A DNA stretch of 64,000 nt from a virus (Duplodnaviria > Caudoviricetes), in the IMG/VR virus record IMGVR_UViG_3300021400_001148, positions 192,001-256,000 of that record; one strand, given 5' to 3'. The position numbers and the translations under genes were made by a program. The notes beneath the pieces were generated by a model that saw only the letters and a program-made list of their open reading frames with translations, was not told the DNA's origin and ran no database searches. Shown here in pieces: positions 18,705-28,298 of the stretch. How positions within the stretch are numbered: the stretch's first letter is position 1; the number at the start of each line of letters is the position of its first letter.

Positions 18705-21269
18705 ATGTCAAATTATTACGATAACCAATTGTCTCATATGACACACCTTATGTTCTTCGGTGAATCCAAAGAAAATAAGGATAAGAAAAATATTGTTATT
18801 GAGAACAAGAAATATGGTGCTGATGGCAATGTTTACGGCATTGTTAAAGAAGGTACCAAATACTATGTCAAAACTACAACAAAGGACAAAGAAAACATTC
18901 TTGAATCCTTTGATTATATCGGCGGTTTCAATAACAGGAAAGATTACGAATATTCCAGTTACGCCGATGCTGTCAAGGATATGAATATGAAACTCATGTC
19001 TCTTAATGAAGACTATGGTAAAAGAGTCCCAGTGAATGAGGCTAAGAAAAACAATTTTGACTTCATGGATGAAAGTATGTCTGAAATGAAGGAAGATATT
19101 GCCCGTTATCGTCAAATCATGGAAAATATTGGCCAGATTTATGTTAACAAGAAGTCTGGCATTGGCGATAGGAATATTGGTGTTCCGGAGGCCCCAAAAA
19201 CCACTGATTTCAAACCAGAAATCGGCGGCCCGTTCGAAGATAAGGCCAAATATGAGGCAAATCGTGACAACAAAGAGAATGCTAAGAATTTCAAAGGTCA
19301 AGGCGGTCCTTTTGAAAAGGATAGTTCCGTTAGTGACTCCGAACTTGAGTCAGACAAAGCCCCTAAAGATATTGCCACAGACGATAAACTTGGTCAGCCT
19401 TATACTGATGCTGCACAGTATGTTCCTGACAACAGTGTTGCTGCCCAGCACCCAAAAGGCGGTGAGGTTGTAAGGGTTAATGAATCTTTTGAAGAAGAAA
19501 ATCCTGATATTGAAAGTGATGAATTTGGCCAATTAAGTCCCGAGAGTGACGCCCTTTCAAACGATGAAATTCTTTCAAAACTTGATGATACCGACGAAGA
19601 CGGTGAAACACCAGACTATGGGAATGATTTTTGGAATGAAATGGACCCCGAGTATCGTCGTCAACACGATGTAGATGGCGAAGGCAATGAGATTGCTGGC
19701 ATTGATGATATGAGTGGCGTTGACCGCAACGACATTGTTGACAGTGCTGTTAATGAGGCAGTGGAGAAAGTGCTCCATAGAAAAAATCTTGATGTGATTG
19801 CTGAGTCCGTTGCTAAAAGCCTTCTAAAAGAAGATGGTTTTGACGCTGGCACCAACAAGGGCGAAGAGGGTGACAGATACTTCAAACACGATTCTGATTT
19901 TAGATTCAAGGGTCCAGATTACAGTTCTTCAAAAAATAAAAAGGCTATAGATAACTCATTATCCAATTATATGGCCGGTGAGGGTAATAGAAAACCAAAC
20001 CTTCATAAAAATAAAGAAACGGGAGAAGCAGAACTTTATGACGAAAGCCCCAACGCTCCAAAATTTGTAAATCCGTTTAGAAAAGAACTTGATAAAAATA
20101 GTCCAAATTACGGCGAAAACAAATATGGGTTGAACATGAATGATGACCCTAACGATGATGATACGGATTTCGAAAAGAGACATGGGGCCTGGGAAAACAC
20201 TACAGATGTAAGACGAAAATTTTCCAATTATTTTTTATTGAACGGCCTTAAGGACCTTATTGATGCTGGGGCCGACCCCAAAAAAATGGTGGCGTTGGGT
20301 GATAAAATATCCAAGAGTTTTGAGCATGGCGTGTATGTTCTTCAAAGAGCCAAAAATGCGGCCGCACAAGACCTTGGCATTAGCCCTAGAATGATTGAGA
20401 ACTTCCTTTCCTCAAATTTCAAATTTGGGCAAGAATCTATTTCCGATGAAGATGATAAGAAACAAGTGTACACAGATTCTTTGAACAAATTCGGTTATCG
20501 TGATGCTAAAGTCTCTCAAAACTGCTTCATTCTTCCGGATGGAGAACTCCCCTTGAATCAGGAAAGCAAAGCATATTGTGAGGACCTAATGAATGGTCAA
20601 GTAGTTATTGGTCCTAGTTTAAAGGCCGTTGGTTATACAAATAGTGACGGTTCAGACCTCTCAACTGAAGACCTCAGGTCTTTTGTTGATGATTGTATGA
20701 AATGGGACAGCGAGTGGACAGAGGTGCTTGATACAGAAGAGGAGACGATGAAGTCAGTAATTGAATATATTAACTCAATTAAGGCTAACGATTCATATAG
20801 TGCTACTGATAGTACTAACATGCGTACCGCCATTTCTCAATGGTATAACATTATTGAACAGTTTGGTGCCTTGCAATCCCTTGTGATTATTCCTATGGAA
20901 GTACTTAATCGCAGGGAGGATGCAGAAGACCTTGTTAAATATGGAAAATTCAAGAGGAACCCGGAAGCACTGAGAACTGTCGGCCGTAGTGATGTGAGTA
21001 GCTCTGTTCCAGCAAGGGCTGGCCTTAGCGAAGAGACAACAGTTCTTCACGATTTCGGTAAACACCCGGGATACAGAAAGAAACCTATGGTTCATCCAGA
21101 AAATGTGGAAGACGCCCCCAACGGTGCAAAGGACTGGAACGACGATTCCACTAAAAGTTCAGAACCATTTGGAAAGCAGATTGGCTCCAGTAGCCCCTAT
21201 GATGAAATTGTGAAAAATGCTGTAAAAGCCGTAATCACTGTTTTAAAAGAAAATCAAAATAAAAAGTAA
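18705..21269 (+). CDS. Large acidic protein, probable internal head/core protein
   Basis: Late motif at 18677, many (L/V)xE sites, GxP(F/Y) repeats. Confidence 0.6.
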   Translation: MSNYYDNQLSHMTHLMFFGESKENKDKKNIVIENKKYGADGNVYGIVKEGTKYYVKTTTKDKENILESFDYIGGFNNRKDYEYSSYADAVKDMNMKLMSLNEDYGKRVPVNEAKKNNFDFMDESMSEMKEDIARYRQIMENIGQIYVNKKSGIGDRNIGVPEAPKTTDFKPEIGGPFEDKAKYEANRDNKENAKNFKGQGGPFEKDSSVSDSELESDKAPKDIATDDKLGQPYTDAAQYVPDNSVAAQHPKGGEVVRVNESFEEENPDIESDEFGQLSPESDALSNDEILSKLDDTDEDGETPDYGNDFWNEMDPEYRRQHDVDGEGNEIAGIDDMSGVDRNDIVDSAVNEAVEKVLHRKNLDVIAESVAKSLLKEDGFDAGTNKGEEGDRYFKHDSDFRFKGPDYSSSKNKKAIDNSLSNYMAGEGNRKPNLHKNKETGEAELYDESPNAPKFVNPFRKELDKNSPNYGENKYGLNMNDDPNDDDTDFEKRHGAWENTTDVRRKFSNYFLLNGLKDLIDAGADPKKMVALGDKISKSFEHGVYVLQRAKNAAAQDLGISPRMIENFLSSNFKFGQESISDEDDKKQVYTDSLNKFGYRDAKVSQNCFILPDGELPLNQESKAYCEDLMNGQVVIGPSLKAVGYTNSDGSDLSTEDLRSFVDDCMKWDSEWTEVLDTEEETMKSVIEYINSIKANDSYSATDSTNMRTAISQWYNIIEQFGALQSLVIIPMEVLNRREDAEDLVKYGKFKRNPEALRTVGRSDVSSSVPARAGLSEETTVLHDFGKHPGYRKKPMVHPENVEDAPNGAKDWNDDSTKSSEPFGKQIGSSSPYDEIVKNAVKAVITVLKENQNKK

Positions 21270-21500
21270 TACAACCTTTGTCATGTTGAAGGAAGAAGTT
21301 ACAAAACTCAACGATTTCGGTAAACACCCCGGATATAGGAAGAAGCCTATGAATCTTCCTGATAACAACGAGGTCGCCCCAAACGGTGCACGCGATTGGA
21401 ATGATGACTCAGCCAAGAGTTCAGAACCGTTTGGAAAACAGATTGGCTCCAGTGCCCCGTACGATGAAAAGGTTGTTAACATACTTGTTGACGCTGTATT
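21045..21500 (+). repeat. Tandem duplication of a roughly 60-codon module across two adjacent genes
   Basis: DFGKHPGYRKKPM…APNGA.DWNDDS.KSSEPFGKQIGSS.PYDE at the end of 18705-21269 and the start of 21283-22194. Confidence 0.9.
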
Positions 21501-22194
21501 CAACGAACTCAAACGCAGTAATGTGATTAAGGAAGCTGTTGATGAAAAAAATTTTCTGAGGGTCCCACAGCAGGAACCAGCAGCGCCGGCCGCTCTTCCT
21601 GAAATGCCGGAGATGAATGCTGATGCAAATGGTGTGGCTGATGCTGGTATGATGCCTGACGACCCCGCATTGCAGGGCGGCCCCGAAAGTGGCGAAGAGA
21701 ATCCTTATGGTGCTGATTTTGATGCTGGTGTTGAGGCAGATGAAGATACTGACCCGGAAAAGTATATTCAGCAATTAACCGGTAAACTTACACAGGTTCT
21801 TCGCGACTTCGATGAGCAGAACCAAGGAAATTCTGACCTTGACAAATATGTTCTTGGGATGGTGATTAAACAGTGTGTTAAAAGCCTCGATGATGAGGGG
21901 AGAAAAGACATCATCAAAAAAATCAAGGAGACACCACAAGGCGAGGAAGTCGACATAGATTCTCCATCTGAGCCTGAGTCAAATGAACCGGTTGGTGATA
22001 CTCCTGATAATGAGGAAATGCCACCAATGAATGAAGTTAGGAAAATTAAGATGAGTAAAAAACAGTTTATGAAACTTTTTGAAAATCTTAATGATGATGA
22101 AAAACCTTCTTCTGAGAGAATTGAAAGCAAAATTTCAAAACAGGCAAAAATAAATAACAGAACCAAACCATTTACAGCACCTTCTTTCAAATAA
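21283..22194 (+). CDS. Acidic protein, probable head core protein
   Basis: Shared module with the upstream gene; DP.KYIQQLTGKL domain. Confidence 0.6.
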   Translation: MLKEEVTKLNDFGKHPGYRKKPMNLPDNNEVAPNGARDWNDDSAKSSEPFGKQIGSSAPYDEKVVNILVDAVFNELKRSNVIKEAVDEKNFLRVPQQEPAAPAALPEMPEMNADANGVADAGMMPDDPALQGGPESGEENPYGADFDAGVEADEDTDPEKYIQQLTGKLTQVLRDFDEQNQGNSDLDKYVLGMVIKQCVKSLDDEGRKDIIKKIKETPQGEEVDIDSPSEPESNEPVGDTPDNEEMPPMNEVRKIKMSKKQFMKLFENLNDDEKPSSERIESKISKQAKINNRTKPFTAPSFK

Positions 22195-22250
22195 AAAGAA
22201 AAAAAGGCATATTTATAATTAAAAATAAGAAAAAGTAAACACGATATATT

Positions 22251-22739
22251 ATGAGTGATATGTTAACCAAAATGCCGTTGCAGTATGAGCCTAAAAGAAA
22301 AAATAGGTTTATACTCCGTTTTCCTTCCGACCTCGGCATTAATGAATGGACCGTGGTGAGTGCTTCAAGGCCTCAAATACAGCAAAATGTTACTGAAATC
22401 CAGTTCCTTAACACCTCTACTTATGTAGTTGGTCGTTATACTTGGCAGACCATTCAGGTAACACTTCGTGACCCAATCGGTCCAAGCTCAGCACAAGCTG
22501 TTATGGAGTGGGTTCGTCTTCATTCCGAATCAATCACTGGTCGTCAGGGATATGCCGCGGGATACAAAAGAGATGTTGAACTCGAAATGCTTGACCCTAC
22601 CGGCGTAGTGTGCGAGAAATGGATTTTGAAGAACACATTTCTAAGTGATGTCAACTATGGCAATTTAAGTTATACTGATGATGCTCTCGCTGATATTACT
22701 ATGACACTTCGTCCTGACTATTGTGTATTAGCATATTAG
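22251..22739 (+). CDS. Tail tube protein (T4 gp19-like)
   Basis: YEPKRKNRF…GR..W..I..TL.DPI.PS.AQAVMEW.RL..ES.TGR.GY. Confidence 0.85.
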   Translation: MSDMLTKMPLQYEPKRKNRFILRFPSDLGINEWTVVSASRPQIQQNVTEIQFLNTSTYVVGRYTWQTIQVTLRDPIGPSSAQAVMEWVRLHSESITGRQGYAAGYKRDVELEMLDPTGVVCEKWILKNTFLSDVNYGNLSYTDDALADITMTLRPDYCVLAY

Positions 22740-22763
22740 TATTTAATCACTTACATGTGCAGT

Positions 22764-22797
22764 TTGGTGGCTAAGACTCTTAGCCACCATTTTTTTT
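22764..22797 (+). terminator. Terminator after the tail tube gene
   Basis: TGGTGGCTA…TAGCCACCA plus T8. Confidence 0.75.
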
Positions 22798-22862
22798 CGG
22801 AATTATCCCTTTATCTGTTGTGAATAAGTCATAAAGAAAGCCGTAGGTGAAAAATCTACGGC

Positions 22863-23387
22863 TTAAATTGTATCAACATATTGTGTTATTGTATCTGTGT
22901 TTCTTGATAGAATTGCATTGAATATACCCTGCACTTTGCTTATGCAATCAATCAGCGTTGTAGCATATTCGTCTGACTTCGTATCAATACCTTCTTCGTA
23001 GAACTTATTGTGAACGGTAAGGTTGATTGCATTTGGTATTGAGAAGTCATTTTCTTCCCAAACCTCATTAAAAACTTTTTGCCTCTTCTCAGGTGCATCA
23101 TTTCCTTTGATGGAATGCCTTGCAGCAGTTGAAAGATGTCCCCTCAATTCTCCTTTCCAATGCTCTTTTGATAATGGTTCGCCTGTAATTGTACAATAGT
23201 GAACCAAGCACCAATTTATAAGAATTTGAGGTAATTCATTGTTGATTTTTTCCTTATAAACACCCCTTGGATATGGCATTTCCATAATCAGATGTTTTCC
23301 CCTTGCTTCCAACGCCTGCTCCACAGATTCCCGAATCATTTCCCTTAATTGAGATTCGGAGAGTTTTATCACTTCTTTCTTTGCCAT
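22863..23387 (-). CDS. Passenger gene with leader motif; helical domain of unknown function
   Basis: MAKKEVIKLSESQLREMIRESVEQALE; own TATATTTG at 23407-23414; terminator at 22838-22864. Confidence 0.8.
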   Translation of the reverse strand: MAKKEVIKLSESQLREMIRESVEQALEARGKHLIMEMPYPRGVYKEKINNELPQILINWCLVHYCTITGEPLSKEHWKGELRGHLSTAARHSIKGNDAPEKRQKVFNEVWEENDFSIPNAINLTVHNKFYEEGIDTKSDEYATTLIDCISKVQGIFNAILSRNTDTITQYVDTI

Positions 23388-23439
23388 ATTCGTACTTAAG
23401 TTTTATCAAATATACTAAAAATATTTGAGAATTACAAAG

Positions 23440-23889
23440 TTAAAAGGCAAAATCACCATTAAGGTAAGAGTCTGGATGAATCGGATTTTCATAAGGTTTA
23501 TCATATTCATCTTTAAATTGATTAGCAAGTTCTATTAGTCCAACCTTCATCTTCTGAAAAGGCTCACAATATTTGTTCCCTGATTGGTAAAGAATACCTA
23601 CGGCATCAGCCAATGAGTTGATTGAGTCCTTAATTTTTCCCATAGCCGATGAATAATCAAAAACCTCTTCAGATTCCTTCAAGTTTTTATTGTTAGGGTT
23701 TTTTCCACCTTTGTATATGTAGTCCATTGTTTCCCTATACTTGCTGGCATCGTCCATATCTTTAAACCATTGTTGCATGGGGTCCTTCTTATCTCGTTTA
23801 GGGTGATATTCTTTCAAAACTTTTTTCACGCTCTCTGTAATCATGTTTCGGAGTTGCGTTTCATTCAATTTGATTACATTCTTCTCCAT
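23440..23889 (-). CDS. Passenger gene with leader motif, function unknown
   Basis: MEKNVIKLNETQLRNMITESVKKVLKE; TATTTATA at 23922-23929 on the minus strand. Confidence 0.8.
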   Translation of the reverse strand: MEKNVIKLNETQLRNMITESVKKVLKEYHPKRDKKDPMQQWFKDMDDASKYRETMDYIYKGGKNPNNKNLKESEEVFDYSSAMGKIKDSINSLADAVGILYQSGNKYCEPFQKMKVGLIELANQFKDEYDKPYENPIHPDSYLNGDFAF

Positions 23890-23946
23890 ATATTCAATCT
23901 ATTTATAAAGTCTTATTTAATTATAAATAGTTTGAAAACCAGTAAA

Positions 23947-24888
23947 CTACGCAGCAATTGAAAGTTTTACGAGACTTTCGAAACCTTCTTCCACTTTTCT
24001 GTGATTCATACGGAAACAGAATTCATCCATATATGTCTGCATGTGCTTGACTGATACATGATGATAGATACCATATACACCCCTTTTCACGATTGCCCAA
24101 AAGGATTCAATACCATTGGTATGCTTTCCGTCACCCTTGGAAAATTCAACATCGTGGTTCACCATGATACGAATGAAATTCTTCGTGTTCTCAGCACGTC
24201 CTTCGTTAATGACATTGTAGCCACTGTACTGGTCTGTCATAACCGTAGTACCTTCCTTACAGGCATCATTCAGTACCTTTAACAATTGTTTACCTGACAG
24301 TTTAGTCCCATCTGAATTCTTGGTGGCAACCACACAATGCACCCTGCCACTACTTCTTTCCTTAACACCGATAACAGGTGTTTTGGAAGACGAACCACGC
24401 CCACGCTTGTTAAATTTCTCATTGGTTTCCCTCTCATTGTGAATATTTTCCTTACGAGGTTTACCACCAACATAAGTTTCATCAACTTCCACAATGGCTT
24501 CAAAAGTATTCTTATACTCTTCCTTACCCATGCACTCACGGATAAGGTGAAGCATTCTCCAAGCACCCTTATAGGAAACCATACCAAGTTCCCTTTGCAA
24601 CTGACAAGCGGAAATACCCTTCTTTGCAACCATAACGAGATTGATTGCATACAGCCACATGCGAATGTCAAGGTGGGTATTTTCAAAGATAGTTCCTGTC
24701 AGCACAGAGAAATGGGATTTGCAGTTATTGCAGTACAAATCCTTTCCGTCATGGGAGTTGTCTCTATAGATGTTATGAACACACCCACAGAACGGGCATA
24801 CATAAGTGCCGTTATACTTAACACGGATAATGAAGTCAATGGCAGACTTCTTGGTGGGGAAACGCTTGTTGAAATCAAAAATAGTCAT
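23947..24888 (-). CDS. IS1595-family DDE transposase
   Basis: Zn ribbon CPFC…CNNC; EVDETYVGGK, MTD, HTNGIESFW..KRG..GIYH. Confidence 0.93.
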   Translation of the reverse strand: MTIFDFNKRFPTKKSAIDFIIRVKYNGTYVCPFCGCVHNIYRDNSHDGKDLYCNNCKSHFSVLTGTIFENTHLDIRMWLYAINLVMVAKKGISACQLQRELGMVSYKGAWRMLHLIRECMGKEEYKNTFEAIVEVDETYVGGKPRKENIHNERETNEKFNKRGRGSSSKTPVIGVKERSSGRVHCVVATKNSDGTKLSGKQLLKVLNDACKEGTTVMTDQYSGYNVINEGRAENTKNFIRIMVNHDVEFSKGDGKHTNGIESFWAIVKRGVYGIYHHVSVKHMQTYMDEFCFRMNHRKVEEGFESLVKLSIAA

Positions 24889-24970
24889 AGTCTAAGTCCT
24901 TCTAACCTAAATCTATGACTATATACCCTAAAAGTCCAGGATTCTTACAACATAAAAAGGGATAATTCCG

Positions 24971-25158
24971 ATTATTTTTATGTCATCAACGGAAAAAGAT
25001 ATAACCGTTTCGGATTCAGAAAAGATGTTCTGGTTAGGAAATACGGATGCCCGCCGGAGATGACAGAGAAGTCCTTCTGCGAATCAAAAGGATGGTATCG
25101 AATATACGATTGTGGGTGCCTTGTTTATAAGTGGGAAAAACCAATTGAAAGCGAGTAG
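24971..25158 (+). pseudogene. 3' remnant of a Hef-like endonuclease gene
   Basis: Reads YFYVINGKRYNRFGFRKDVLVRKYGCPPEMTEKSFCESKGWYRIYDCG…stop, closely matching the C-terminus of 3866-5575; starts at the IS end. Confidence 0.88.
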
Positions 25159-25204
25159 AAATACCCGCTTTTTCTTTTGCCCAACTATTTATAGTTGTAA
25201 TAAT

Positions 25205-25371
25205 CGCAGGAGAAAATCTCACGGCTTTATCTGTTGGAATAAACCCTGTGGAGAAACTTCGTCGGGACATCGACGAATTGGCGAGCGACGGTAAGCCCAA
25301 TGACCGCGTGGTCAGCGGCGGGTGCGTTTGAAGCCAAGAATCTCACGGATTCATCCGTGGGAGTATGCCAA
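25205..25371 (+). mobile_element. Non-autonomous IS200/IS605 (TnpB-type) miniature element, copy 1
   Basis: LE hairpin remnant; RE CAAGAATCTCACGGATTCATCCGTGGGAGTATGCCAA; homologous to 56395-56553. Confidence 0.8.
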
Positions 25372-25393
25372 AGTTGATAAATTGCAATGTTTT

Positions 25394-26383
25394 ATGATTA
25401 ATTATTTACCGGGAATGCTTGAGGTACCCATCATTGAGGGACAGTCTGAGGATTTTTGCAACCAAGATGACAGGTATTATCATTTCGGTTTGTGGACCGA
25501 CTTCTGTGATATATCCATTAACCAGATGAAGCAGTACAACACCTTTCCGAATGCACCTAAAGATGACGGATATCCATACGACCCGTCCGAAGGTACTGAC
25601 ATTATTGCTTATCATGTCAGTGGCACAAGCATTGTGTTCGAATCACCGGAAAAGGTTGAATCCACGCTCACATTCACTATAAACTACGATTATACGGACA
25701 AAAACGGTAATATCCAGCACGCTACTATCACAACTAAAATGCCTAAGTGGGGAACTGAGGCTGAGGCAACAATTGTGCTTCCGGATGGAATTACCAAATA
25801 CGACATTACCAAAGTTGAAGTTTCACCAGAGAGAGATGCTTGGTATTATTATGTCCTTAAAAGAAGAAAACCGGATGTTGATATTGACAAGGCATTTAGA
25901 TTTGGCCTTATCTCGCATCTTGCCAGTGATGTGGATATTATGTCTGATGAATATCTCGAAAAAATGGTGGAGGGTGATTTCTATACCGGTTCGACAATGA
26001 CAATGCAGATTTCCATTGGGAATACTAATAATGTTACAAATGATATCGACCGTGATGTGGAGTTCAAGACATATGAAGAACTTGTACCGGTGGATGGTTT
26101 AAACAACCTGCCAGATTCAGAAGCGGACGAGGCTATCATTAATAATGCTGTCGACATTATATTTGCCGTCGACACTGATATTGAAAAATGGTCGATTAAA
26201 GACGAGTTTGGTAATGACATTGAGACCCCCGAACACATGTTCGAGGAAATTGGGCAATATATTTATGACGGTGAGACATATCGTATGTTAAGATACCAGA
26301 ATCCGGAAGTCCTGTCGCTTGCATACGACCCCGCATATACTGGTATAACCAGAAGATTTTTAATAACATTCACAATACGATAA
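25394..26383 (+). CDS. Hypothetical virion protein (beta-rich)
   Basis: Late motif at 25186; ATG after the miniature element. Confidence 0.65.
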   Translation: MINYLPGMLEVPIIEGQSEDFCNQDDRYYHFGLWTDFCDISINQMKQYNTFPNAPKDDGYPYDPSEGTDIIAYHVSGTSIVFESPEKVESTLTFTINYDYTDKNGNIQHATITTKMPKWGTEAEATIVLPDGITKYDITKVEVSPERDAWYYYVLKRRKPDVDIDKAFRFGLISHLASDVDIMSDEYLEKMVEGDFYTGSTMTMQISIGNTNNVTNDIDRDVEFKTYEELVPVDGLNNLPDSEADEAIINNAVDIIFAVDTDIEKWSIKDEFGNDIETPEHMFEEIGQYIYDGETYRMLRYQNPEVLSLAYDPAYTGITRRFLITFTIR

Positions 26384-26386
26384 TAG

Positions 26387-26650
26387 ATGTCAACTATTAG
26401 TACGCTTAATCAGATAAATTACAGTGGGAAAGGTAACCTTGACCCTAAAATAAATGCTGTAGACACCTTGGATGAACTTTATGAAGTAATTCCGAGGAAA
26501 GAACGCCGTATAGGGATGACCGTGACTGTACTCAACGCTGATGGTGACTTTGAACCGCATGATTATTGGTTAATAGGTGGCACATCCGATTCCAACTGGG
26601 CAAGAAAAGACACAAATAGTTATATTGGCGGAAATGACATTGAGGTTTAA
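26387..26650 (+). CDS. Small fibre-associated protein
   Basis: IP..ERRIGMTVTV motif; ends YIGGNDIEV. Confidence 0.6.
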   Translation: MSTISTLNQINYSGKGNLDPKINAVDTLDELYEVIPRKERRIGMTVTVLNADGDFEPHDYWLIGGTSDSNWARKDTNSYIGGNDIEV

Positions 26651-26702
26651 AACTCAACTGATATTTATAGGAAATAATAAACAAAAGAAATAAAGAAAAA
26701 TT

Positions 26703-27680
26703 ATGGCAAAAGTACTTTTTAAAGGTTTTATGCAGGTGACTGCTGATGTGTTCAACGGAAAAACCGAGGCTGAGAAAAAACAGTATCTCTGGCTTGTAAG
26801 ACCAAATGGTGCAACTGATGGAACTAAGGGTGACCTCTATTTCGGAACCCGTCACTACGGTCATGTTGATGAGGCTGAACTTGATGCTCTTAAACAGATT
26901 CTCACTTCCGTAGGCCTCAACCCCACGACTGGTGAATATGTTCCTTATGGTAGTGGCGTATATACATCTGGAGCCACAACTGTCCTTGATGCGACATCCA
27001 AACTTGATGACGCTGTCAAAGCAAATAAAGTTTATGAGGCTAATGGTATCACCGTTACCAACAATGCAACCGGTACAACTGTTGCTGTAAAGGTAAAAGA
27101 TGGTGATAGTGTTCTTGCTACTGATGCAAGCGGCCTTTCTGCTACCCTCCAGCTTGTTAAAATTGACCAACCCGCTGCTGAGTTTGCCTCACAGTACAAA
27201 CTCGTGGGCAAAGATGGTGTAACTGCACTTGGTACCACTATTGATATTGTTAAGGACCAGTTCCTTAAGAAAGTTGCTTATGTGGAAGAAATGACTGATG
27301 CAATAATTGCTGAATATCATCTTCCTGGTACTGTTGGGGATTACACAAAGAATCCATACCTCTGCTTCCTTTGGGAACTCGACACAGACCCCTCAACAGC
27401 TGGTGACCAGGTTGGTACTGCAATTCCTCTCGGTGAAATTTTCGAAGATTTCACACTTGTTTTCAAACTTAATGGTGAACAATTCATTAAGAATACCCAG
27501 ACTAATGAGTATGAACTTACCATTGATGCAACTGAGATTGACACAGTCGCTGCCATCACCCCTGACAATACAGTGGAACCAGGCACAGCAGTTACTGCCG
27601 GTGTAAGTATTGAAGATGCTCTCAAGGCTGTTTACAGCGGTTCACTTCTTTACATCGACGGTAATGATGTAGAAAACTAA
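26703..27680 (+). CDS. Putative fibre/decoration protein
   Basis: Late motif at 26662; A/T/G-rich; ends YIDGNDVEN. Confidence 0.65.
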   Translation: MAKVLFKGFMQVTADVFNGKTEAEKKQYLWLVRPNGATDGTKGDLYFGTRHYGHVDEAELDALKQILTSVGLNPTTGEYVPYGSGVYTSGATTVLDATSKLDDAVKANKVYEANGITVTNNATGTTVAVKVKDGDSVLATDASGLSATLQLVKIDQPAAEFASQYKLVGKDGVTALGTTIDIVKDQFLKKVAYVEEMTDAIIAEYHLPGTVGDYTKNPYLCFLWELDTDPSTAGDQVGTAIPLGEIFEDFTLVFKLNGEQFIKNTQTNEYELTIDATEIDTVAAITPDNTVEPGTAVTAGVSIEDALKAVYSGSLLYIDGNDVEN

Positions 27681-27705
27681 TAACATTTGATTTTTAGGGA
27701 GAGTT

Positions 27706-28125
27706 ATGGGAATTTTTGATGCTTTCAAGAAAAAAGACGCCGCCGCCGAACAGGCGACGGCAACTCCCCTTGTCTCCCCAGACGAATTGGATATTGAAGG
27801 GAATGATGTTGAGTCGACCGGGATTACTATGGACGAACTCGAAAACCTTGTTTCAAAAGTACTCAAGTCGAACAATACAAATATCAGACTCGGTGCCGGT
27901 TCAGATTCCGGTTCAACATCTAACAAAGTTTTATTCAAAGGAATCAAACAGTTATTAGCGGATGATTTCGAATCACTGAAAGAAGACGACCCCGATACCC
28001 TGAAGGGCTATCTCAATTTGGTCAGGGATAGTTCCACATCCGAAAGGGGAGTTATCTATTTTGGCACGAGACGGTATGGGCTCGAAGAAAGTGACTTTGC
28101 GGTCATTGATTGCGGGACATACTAG
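27706..28125 (+). CDS. Putative fibre-associated protein
   Basis: Shares KVLFKG…YFGTR.YG domain with the upstream gene; ends IDCGTY. Confidence 0.65.
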   Translation: MGIFDAFKKKDAAAEQATATPLVSPDELDIEGNDVESTGITMDELENLVSKVLKSNNTNIRLGAGSDSGSTSNKVLFKGIKQLLADDFESLKEDDPDTLKGYLNLVRDSSTSERGVIYFGTRRYGLEESDFAVIDCGTY

Positions 28126-28298
28126 TACCATTTCAAAAAGAAAAGGAAACGCATCTGGGAACAGGTGTGTTTTTTTTTTAATTATTATCAGTTATTCAAA
28201 TTGAAATCTAATTGCGGGAATTTTCCTGTGGCTTTCTATTTGTTTACTGTGGGCAAAAGGGGTGGTCTCGACTATTTATATATAAACTGTGATTATAT

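Larger units (their letters stand above)
22798..24970 (-). mobile_element. IS1595-family element A (2173 bp) with two passenger genes
   Basis: TIRs CGGAATTATCCCTTTatcTGTTGT / CGGAATTATCCCTTTttaTGTTGT (22/24); no perfect TSD. Confidence 0.88.

Noticed and set aside
22790-22797. Target-site duplication for IS element A
   Set aside because: Flanks TTTTTTTT and ATTATTTT do not match; better explained by an adjacent deletion
25322-25393. Upstream ORF extensions at 25322, 53595 and 56401
   Set aside because: They begin inside IS200/IS605 relics; downstream ATGs fit better
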